Assembly (NCBI GenBank): GCA_907165135.1
Contig: OU015568.1
Location: 16,131,208 to 16,195,207, forward strand
Origin: Oikopleura dioica
Lineage: Eukaryota; Animalia; Chordata
Length of the DNA: 64,000 nucleotides
Reading direction: 5' to 3'
Part shown: positions 57,070 to 64,000 of the stretch, in pieces
How the letters are laid out: every line of letters begins with the position of its first letter
Position numbering within the stretch: position 1 is the stretch's first letter
Position numbers and translations under genes: made by a program
The notes under the pieces: generated by a model
What the model saw: only the letters and a program-made list of their open reading frames with translations
Database searches by the model: none
Told to the model about the DNA's origin: nothing

Positions 57070-57267
57070 TTATGTTCGTCGCCTTCTTCGGCGCTTTCTC
57101 CGTTTTCGATTCGGTCTTCTTCGACGTCTCAATCGACGAGTTCGAGGTGCTCGCCGACGTCTTCGAGGCCGTCGTCGACGTTTTCGTTGACGAGTCGAAG
57201 GGGAAGCTAGAACCAAATTTCGTAATCGTGATAATCGCGGTTTTACAAGGTAAGATCTGCTTGTCAT
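57070..57267 (-). CDS. Protamine-like Arg-rich protein (65 aa, 32 Arg), candidate DNA-condensing core protein
   Basis: ATG preceded by TTTTTTTGTTTAG. Arg runs use mixed CGA/CGT/CGG/CGC/AGA/AGG codons. Lies between the integrase and capsid genes. Confidence 0.75.
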   Translation of the reverse strand: MTSRSYLVKPRLSRLRNLVLASPSTRQRKRRRRPRRRRRAPRTRRLRRRRRPNRKRRKRRRRRRT

Positions 57268-57292
57268 CTAAACAAAAAAATAAATGAAATCT

Positions 57293-59416
57293 TTATCGTT
57301 GGCGAGCGCGTCGTTGTTTCAGTTCAGAAAGAGTCATAACAAGATTTAATTCTTTTTCATAATAACGCCTATCTAATTTAACGCCTTTAGAATTAATAAG
57401 GGTAAATGAAAATACTCTAGCACCGTGATGAATTTGATAAATTTGATAAAGTTCAGTGGACCACTTTGGTGTAAAACCTTTTTCGAAACGTTTGATATTT
57501 TTACGTGGAATCCTCACAACATCCCCAACGTGAAGCTTGCTCCACGTTTGGCGATATTGCTTTGATCTTTTTGATTCTAAATAGTCAAATAATTGACGAG
57601 CGTTATTACGATTTACATCTGAAGGTTTAACATTAGTAGCTGAATGCACAGTATTATTTATAGCAGTATTTACAGATTGTAAAATGTGAACCCAACGTTT
57701 TACGTTTCCTTGACTTGTGAAAGCTCTTCCAAGACGGGCTTCCAGGGTTTTACTAAAATAAAATGCTCATCTGTAACTGTGAATAAAACGAACTTACTTG
57801 AAACGCTCAACTATCGCTGCTTTATGAGGACCTGTATTAAACACACGAGTCATCCCCCATTTTGCAAGAAGAACTGGGACTTCTTGTTGAAATTCAGAAC
57901 CTTGATCGGTCACAAAAAATGTGTGCCCGGGCAAGTCAAGTGATTGAAAGATAGATTGCAGATTTTTCGCTACTTCTCCAGACTCTTTTGTTATTAATTT
58001 TCGAACAAAACTTTGTCTTGATAAAGCGTCAACAACACACAAAATATATTTGTAATTGTTATTGAATTCACCAAAGTTTTGATAAGCTAAAATAGTATCG
58101 GCAAAAAGACACGAATATAAATCAGTAGCTATAATAGGGTTTCGCGCAAAATTTCTATGAAGTGGCTTATGAAGAGAAATAGACTCATTCATACGCTTGA
58201 AACGATCCACATTAAGACCGCTATAAAATGACGGTTGTTCAGGATTATAAAATAAATCTAAAGTATATGGAAGTTTATTAGCGGGACCAGAAGTTTGAGG
58301 TTGATTCGAGGACTGGTTCTTCGTCGTCGTTGTTGTCTCCCGTGTCGGAAGTAACTGCGTCGCCCTCGCTAAATTCAGGGGAGATTCGTTTGCGTTTTGC
58401 GGCGGCCCGTTTTGTTGGAGCTGAGTTATTAGCTCGACCCCTTTTCTGGATTTTGGAAGTTCTTCAGATTTTCCGGCATGTTTGGGTTTTCGTACTGTAA
58501 TAACTCGTCCAGCGGGAGCCCGATTTTTTTCTGTCTTTCGTTTATTGAAGTTGTACGCGGGATTCTCGACAATGACGGATTGTTCTCTTGGATTTCTTGA
58601 ATTTTTTCTTCCATTCCGGGCGTTTCGTTGGTCATTATCATCGGTTGAGTACTGAGATTCGTCGGCGCTTTTTGAACCAGTCCCGGTTGAAGATCCGTCA
58701 TCTTGATCGTTGAAGTCGGAAACTTGTTCACTATCAGTTCCTGAGGAAATTTCAACTCTCCGGTTTTTGGGTTTCTTGCTGCGATGAGTTGTGTCATAAA
58801 TTGAATCCCTGAATTTTCTGAAATCATCGCTGGTGATAGTATAGCCATCGTTGTTTTTTCGCTTCCTTTGTCGTACTTGTTTAGGCGCTTCAATTCTTCC
58901 TCGTTTACGCCGCGTAACTGGTTGACTTTCTTCGAAACTGTCGTTGTCCATTGATCTATTTCTCCTCCTTTTACGAGCGCTTGATTTAACATCGGGTCGT
59001 CTGGACGGTTTTGAGTAGACGCTGCTGATATCGGAGTCATAGTCGTCAAAGTTGTTGGCTCCGTAGAGGGTAGTTTCACTTTTCGCGGTCGGCCCCTTTT
59101 CTTCTTCGAAGGAAGAATCGAACTCACTGGCTTCCTCGCTTCGGATTGCAGGCGGTTGACCTCGTATTCGTCTAGACCGTCTAGCTTGTCCTCTAGGTAT
59201 TTTCCGGTTGCAAAGTCCCGCAAGTAGCTTGGCGGTACCCTCTTCCTCGGTATCATAATCAGGATAAGGTTCCGCTTTCGTTTTTGGGGCCCGAACTCTC
59301 ACTCTATTAGTCAGAGGATTAATTTCCCAAAAAGAGCAAATGTTCAACATCTGCGACAGTGAAAAATAACAACCTCCATTCAAGGGTATTTTATTGAGGT
59401 CAATTTGACCAGCCAT
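57293..59416 (-). CDS. Retroviral-type (RVE) integrase with ~400-aa N-terminal extension; intron 57753-57797; 692 aa
   Basis: FADT, VVDALSR, VTDQGSEF and, after splicing, VERFNKTL...NNTVHSATNVKP...GDVVRI...KGFTPKWS. Confidence 0.92.
58429..59256 (-). CDS. Nested alternative-frame ORF (275 aa) with AT-hook and PPSY inside the integrase gene
   Basis: ATG start and 828 nt stop-free in a second frame. Contains KKRGRPRK and VPPSY. Confidence 0.55.
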   Translation of the reverse strand: MIPRKRVPPSYLRDFATGKYLEDKLDGLDEYEVNRLQSEARKPVSSILPSKKKRGRPRKVKLPSTEPTTLTTMTPISAASTQNRPDDPMLNQALVKGGEIDQWTTTVSKKVNQLRGVNEEELKRLNKYDKGSEKTTMAILSPAMISENSGIQFMTQLIAARNPKTGELKFPQELIVNKFPTSTIKMTDLQPGLVQKAPTNLSTQPMIMTNETPGMEEKIQEIQENNPSLSRIPRTTSINERQKKIGLPLDELLQYENPNMPENLKNFQNPEKGSS

Positions 59417-59674
59417 ATCTTTAAAAATGAAACGTTACATTCATGCTCACATAAACATTAATTAACACTGAGTTAACATCTAAAATTAAATCGCGCATAA
59501 ATACCTGATAAAAATGTTTCTCTTCTTTTGCTGTTACTGTAGGAATAACAATTATAAGATTAAAGAAAAGCTGTTACGGTATCCGGTTTTATACGCGCGG
59601 CACTAGCGCCCTTTAGTGGAAACATGGAAACTGGAGTATAAAAACGAGAGACCGTATTAAAAAACATCAGAACA
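59417..59674. promoter_or_regulatory. Probable bidirectional promoter between integrase and the ORF122/ATPase unit
   Basis: Short AT-rich gap between divergent genes, with TATAA-like boxes on both strands (about 59588 and 59637). Confidence 0.45.
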
Positions 59675-60043
59675 ATGGACGAACTAGCAAAAAGAGCTGA
59701 ATCCTTCACCCAAGTTAAAATTGAGAACTTGAACGTCCAAAATTGGATAAGCGGTGGGACTCATAAGGTCACCGGAAAAATCAAGAAATTTACGCTCGGA
59801 GATATAACATTTCCAGGGCAAGAGAAACTGGAGACGAATCGCGAAGCCTTCTTTCATTTCAATCCAAAAATTGGAATCAAGAAGACGCGGAAATTCGGAA
59901 CTACTTTTACGAGCCGACAGGTCTACTTACTGATCTACAGGACAAAACAATCATCGTCTGTGTCAACGGATATACGCCTGCAGACAACAACACTCCAAAC
60001 TTTCAAGGAAAGATTCCCGGTCAATTCGAAGTCGCTTTCGTAA
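59675..60043 (+). CDS. Orphan 122-aa basic protein abutting the ATPase
   Basis: ATG start; its stop is 1 nt before the ATPase ATG (TAAAATG). Confidence 0.6.
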   Translation: MDELAKRAESFTQVKIENLNVQNWISGGTHKVTGKIKKFTLGDITFPGQEKLETNREAFFHFNPKIGIKKTRKFGTTFTSRQVYLLIYRTKQSSSVSTDIRLQTTTLQTFKERFPVNSKSLS

Positions 60044-60044
60044 A

Positions 60045-60781
60045 ATGCATCAACATTTAACGAAACTCGTCCCCGACTTCCGTTTCCGTCACCCCTGTTC
60101 ACTGCTCATTGCGGGCTCGACCGGCACAGGTAAAAGTAACTTTGTTAAAAATTTGATTGAGTGTGACGGAATCAACGGTGATATTGAATCCATTTATTAT
60201 TTTATGCCACGACTAGAACCGCTTCATATTACCCCTCATAGTCATCAACAACTATATTTAATGGAAGGGCTCCCCTCTCAAGACTGGGTAGACGACACTT
60301 TTCAAATAGAAGCAGATAGTAAGAGCCTTATAGTTGTAGACGATTTATGGTCATCGTCAGTCGAGAGTAACACTTGCGAATATTTACTCTCATATGGGCG
60401 TAGACATTTAGGTGTCTCGTTAGCATTTATAGCCCAGAATTTTTACGAAAAGGGTAAAAAGGCCATTACAGCAAGGTTTGTTTTAACTAATTTTTCTTTT
60501 TCAGAGCTAATGATTGTTTTAGAAATTGCATGACCAGCTTTGTTCTAATGAACAATCATACTGATTGCGGCATTAACAAGACGATTGCAACCAAGTGTGG
60601 CCTGGTCGAGCCTTTTAATCAAGCCATGAAGCTGTTCAAAGAAAGAAGAATCCCTAACTACAACTATGTCATCCTCCAACGAGACGTTCGACACGCGGAC
60701 CAACCTCGAGTAATTACGAATTATTTCGGGGAGGTGGCTGGGTTGGGTGGTGCACCATGGATGTTTGGCCTGTCACAGTAA
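60045..60781 (+). CDS. DNA-packaging ATPase (A32/FtsK-like), intron 60476-60522, 229 aa
   Basis: Walker A GSTGTGKS, Walker B IVVDD and GRRHLGVSLAFIAQN. Splicing restores ARNCMTSFVLMNN. AATAAA at 60815. Confidence 0.92.
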
Positions 60782-60964
60782 ATTTCCAATATAAATTTAT
60801 TGACAACTGACATGAATAAAAAAACTACATAAAAATACACGGAGTTTCTTTATGGCGGCAAAGTCGTTTATTGCAGTTGTTGTCGGCGCAGCAGCATCTT
60901 CGTTCAGCCTGATAATTTCGAAAATGAAGGGGGAAAGAGTTGTGATCAAGTGCAGGCGTCGGCA

Positions 60965-61795
60965 CTAAAAAAGTAAGACGAAGTTTTGAAGCGAAAACTT
61001 ACTTTTACTATCGAGCTCGGCAATCCATTTTTCCCCAAGATCCTTAAAGCCGCCAAAATACTGGCCTTGATCACGTTGCAGAAACATTTTAGCAGTGACA
61101 CAATAAAATTGAGCAGTAATTTTGCGCATTTCTGATACTAAATATTCTTTCGGTTTCATCTGAGCAGCGTTACAAAGCGCATAAACACGTTTGTCAATTT
61201 TTTTCTTATCAGACGAATACTTCGGATCCATTTCCAACAGTCCTCTTGCCCAAATTTGAGCGTATGCGGCGTACAGCGCTTTTTCGCACAAGAAAGCTTT
61301 ACCGTACAGATTCAAATTCCGAAAAAATATGTCTAAATTAGGATATTTATGGCATTGAACCGTACAAGAAAGAGAGCTGTTTTCGTAAACAAATTCTCGT
61401 TTGATAAGGCCATTTCTTATTTTCTTATAACCTAAGCAATAAGGGGCTCCTTCGTGGCGTTCATCGTTCAAATATTCTTTGACAGTTTTCGTCTTATGTT
61501 TAACCACTTCGTTTGGCGATGGATGGATATTCGAAGGCGGTCCGGGTGAGATGCATTCCTCCACTTGTCTTATTACGATTGAAGAAGATTTAACGCCCGT
61601 TTTTTCGTCAACGCTCTCTTTTACGAAAAACGTAATGGAGGACGAGAAGTCAGTTACTCCGTTGCATAAAAACTCGTAAAGAATGGGTTGATCATTTTGG
61701 AAGCGATTTTCATGAGTTACAACAACTCCGACGTCGTACTGATGCAGATTATCTCGAGAGAACACTTCAAAAATTTTTTTCATGATACTGATCAA
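60965..61795 (-). CDS. Orphan protein, paralogue A (ends probably spliced)
   Basis: Shares blocks with 62083-62985: ITFF..IVIRQ, REF.Y, YPNL, YAQIWARGLLE, FGG. Confidence 0.7.
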   Translation of the reverse strand: MISIMKKIFEVFSRDNLHQYDVGVVVTHENRFQNDQPILYEFLCNGVTDFSSSITFFVKESVDEKTGVKSSSIVIRQVEECISPGPPSNIHPSPNEVVKHKTKTVKEYLNDERHEGAPYCLGYKKIRNGLIKREFVYENSSLSCTVQCHKYPNLDIFFRNLNLYGKAFLCEKALYAAYAQIWARGLLEMDPKYSSDKKKIDKRVYALCNAAQMKPKEYLVSEMRKITAQFYCVTAKMFLQRDQGQYFGGFKDLGEKWIAELDSKSKFSLQNFVLLF

Positions 61796-62082
61796 ACAAC
61801 TTTAAGAAAGATTTTTTTATTACGCGCAGCGCAAGAGAGCACTTAAAAGTAAATCGATGAGCGATACGCCAGTCGACGGATGTAGATTCTTATTTTGCTT
61901 TCAATACAGATCTGTAACGTCGAAACAATCGCGGAAAATAATGACAGATGCTGGTCGTGGTTGTTGAAGCGCTGTTTTCCTGAAAATATTCAATTTTCCA
62001 ATTTCTTGCCGAGGAACGAAAGAATCGGCTGCAATTTCGAACACTTCGCTATTTGTCGAGAAAAACGGGTGAAACTAAATCA

Positions 62083-62985
62083 TTATTGAAGCGTTGGAAA
62101 AAAAGAGCTTACAAAAGTATAACCGAGCGCAAGCGCTTTTTCTTCTAACTCTTGAATATATTTTTGGAATCTTCTTTTACCACCAAACCAAGGCATATCA
62201 GGGTAGACGCCTCCATAGTAATAAGCCCGTCTCGAGCATTCTAATCGATAGTAATTTCCATAAACTAATCTGCAAATTGAAAGGTGATAAAGAAACTCAT
62301 CTTGGGTTCCAAGTTGAGGATAAATTTCGTCGTAGGGAATTCCAATTTCGACCAAAAGACTCTCGATAAATGAGTCGATCGCTTTAGTGTCAGGTTCATT
62401 GTCCAGTGTTTGGAAACGCGCATCTTTTTCCAACAACGAGCGAGCCCAAAGTTGTCCATATAGAACTATCAGTATACGAAACGGATACTCGGCATTTTTG
62501 CAGGGATTTAAAGAATGAAAGACTTCTTTTAAATTAGGATATATGATTTTTTGGATGTTACAAAACGCATCTTCAGCCAAACTGCCATCATAGAAGAACT
62601 CTCGCTGAACCATGCACATGTGTTCCGTTATGGCCCGCCGACCGAAATTTACTGCAGGACATCCGCTGTTGGCCACGCCGTAAGAAGTCATCGTTGGCAG
62701 ATTATCATAAATTTTATTCTGATGCATATGATGAATGCAAAAAGATGGTGAATACTCGATCAACCACTCATGCTGTCGAACAATTACTCTCTGTTCGATT
62801 TTTTTGGAGGTCTTATTATAGTAACTTTCAATAAAGAAAGATATTCGCTGCATTCGTTTAAGCACTCCTGTAGATTTTACGGATTGAAGGAGCGGATTGT
62901 GGCAGAAACGAGAAGGTCTCTCAACCAGAAAACAGGGAAAATCAGACTTTACGTCATCGAAAAACTCCAAATTTTTTATTAACAT
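62083..62985 (-). CDS. Orphan protein, paralogue B
   Basis: ISFF..VIVRQ, REFFY, YPNL, YGQLWARSLLE and FGG. Confidence 0.7.
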   Translation of the reverse strand: MLIKNLEFFDDVKSDFPCFLVERPSRFCHNPLLQSVKSTGVLKRMQRISFFIESYYNKTSKKIEQRVIVRQHEWLIEYSPSFCIHHMHQNKIYDNLPTMTSYGVANSGCPAVNFGRRAITEHMCMVQREFFYDGSLAEDAFCNIQKIIYPNLKEVFHSLNPCKNAEYPFRILIVLYGQLWARSLLEKDARFQTLDNEPDTKAIDSFIESLLVEIGIPYDEIYPQLGTQDEFLYHLSICRLVYGNYYRLECSRRAYYYGGVYPDMPWFGGKRRFQKYIQELEEKALALGYTFVSSFFPTLQ

Positions 62986-63205
62986 TTTGCGAAATGAGAG
63001 AAAGTAGAATAAAATTTAGTATCAAATTGGTCACTGCCCTCGAGCGCCATTAACTTTCAAACGTAGAATCTAATGGAAACTCTAAGTGAAAGTTTAGCCC
63101 AAACGATGAGTAGATTGAAAATCGCGCGTTTTCTGAAAAATTCGTGATAAATCAAGTAAGAGTATAAAGAGACGAGCGAAAACGAAATGACACCAGTCTT
63201 TCGAG

Positions 63206-64000
63206 ATGGCCGACTTATCAGAAGAAGAGCGAAAAGCTTACGAGGAACAATATACACAAGGACTGCGAAAAATGAGAGATTTTCGAATCTACACAAAAGA
63301 CTTTGTGGAAGAAGTCGAATTCATAAGCAACGTCTGGCCAGAGAAAGTGGTGTTGCTTGAGCACAAAATACCCGAAGTAAAGAACGAATGAATTTAATTT
63401 AACTTATTCTTTCTAGCACTGCAAGCGGCTTGACGGAATGAAGACCCTGTTCGATCAACGCATGTGGGACGGTGCAGAAGAGCGAAAAGACGACATCGGC
63501 CGGAAAGTGCGAGATATGCGGACGCTTATGCAAGAACTGGAGAACACTCTGAAGATTCATTTTCGAACAGCTTATGACCGCTACTATTTCACATTGATGA
63601 ACACCTCATTTTAGATCTACTCTTTCTTACTCCGTTTATTATTGTTAAATTTCTGCATGCTATCGATTAATAGTTTAATAAATAGGCAAATTAAAAAATT
63701 AACGGTTATTTTTCCAGATGAGTTGCTTGACCAGACACGAACTTAATGCTTATCGTCAAAAAGTGGCGCAAGACCTTCACCAAATGAAAACATTCAATTA
63801 CATATCAAGGCTTTTTATTAACACCGTTAGACTGGCGTTTATCTGCGCCAATGACGAAATGATGCTTTACGAGCATTTGGTGCCAAATGTAAGTGACCGA
63901 CAAAAAATAACTAACTATTCTCAAAAGCATTGCATGCGACTCGACAAAATAAGAAAGAAACTAAATGAGCCGCTGTGGAAAGCTGCCCTTTTACGCGAAG
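63206..64000 (+). CDS. Multi-exon orphan gene running off the window
   Basis: ATG at 63206, followed by coding-like segments separated by AT-rich stretches ending in TAG/CAG acceptors. Confidence 0.4.

Larger units (their letters stand above)
27278..64000. mobile_element. Polinton/Maverick-like endogenous DNA virus (left end tentative, right end beyond window)
   Basis: Clustered pPolB, RVE integrase, packaging ATPase and capsid protein at 49.4-60.8 kb (secure). Inclusion of the 28.8-48.2 kb orphan block and the AGTAGT start at 27278 are inferred. Confidence 0.7.

Noticed and set aside
57027-57287. Plus-strand hydrophobic/acidic 86-aa ORF
   Set aside because: Antisense shadow of the Arg-codon-rich protamine-like gene.
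49361-60781. Giant virus (NCLDV) or adenovirus insertion
   Set aside because: Protein-primed PolB together with an RVE integrase and a Polinton-type ATPase and capsid is the Polinton signature; no NCLDV transcription genes were seen.

Overview
Eukaryotic, AT-rich genomic DNA with very short GT-AG introns (36-60 nt). Those introns and Trp-tRNA-type-primed Ty3/gypsy elements suggest an appendicularian tunicate such as Oikopleura; this is inference. The window has three zones. (1) 1-19.7 kb holds two copies of a spliced protein-kinase-like gene, riddled with nested mobile elements. Copy 1 ends in a papain-like Cys/His/Asn domain and is split at its predicted catalytic Cys by a gag-only LTR element (599-7149, TA...TA termini, GTGT TSD), which itself carries an intron-containing pogo transposon. 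A full-length Ty3/gypsy element (8545-16163, CGTA TSD) has UGA-CUAG gag-pro readthrough, a CCCH zinc-finger Gag and extra 3' ORFs. Several MITEs are also present. (2) 19.8-26.6 kb holds a 47-bp array and a ~190-bp satellite (25 monomers) with two TTAA-flanked Kolobok-like insertions. (3) ~27 kb to the window end is the main discovery candidate: a large Polinton/Maverick-like endogenous DNA virus. Its core genes are a 1816-aa protein-primed PolB, a retroviral-type integrase, a packaging ATPase and a major capsid protein, and all but PolB contain spliceosomal introns. A protamine-like core protein sits beside them. A ~20-kb co-oriented block of orphan spliced genes encodes membrane glycoproteins, repeated PPxY late-domain motifs and several dual-coding (overprinted) regions. 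The element's ends are not established. Several frameshifts fall in short A-runs and may be consensus errors. No rRNA, tRNA or CRISPR array was found.
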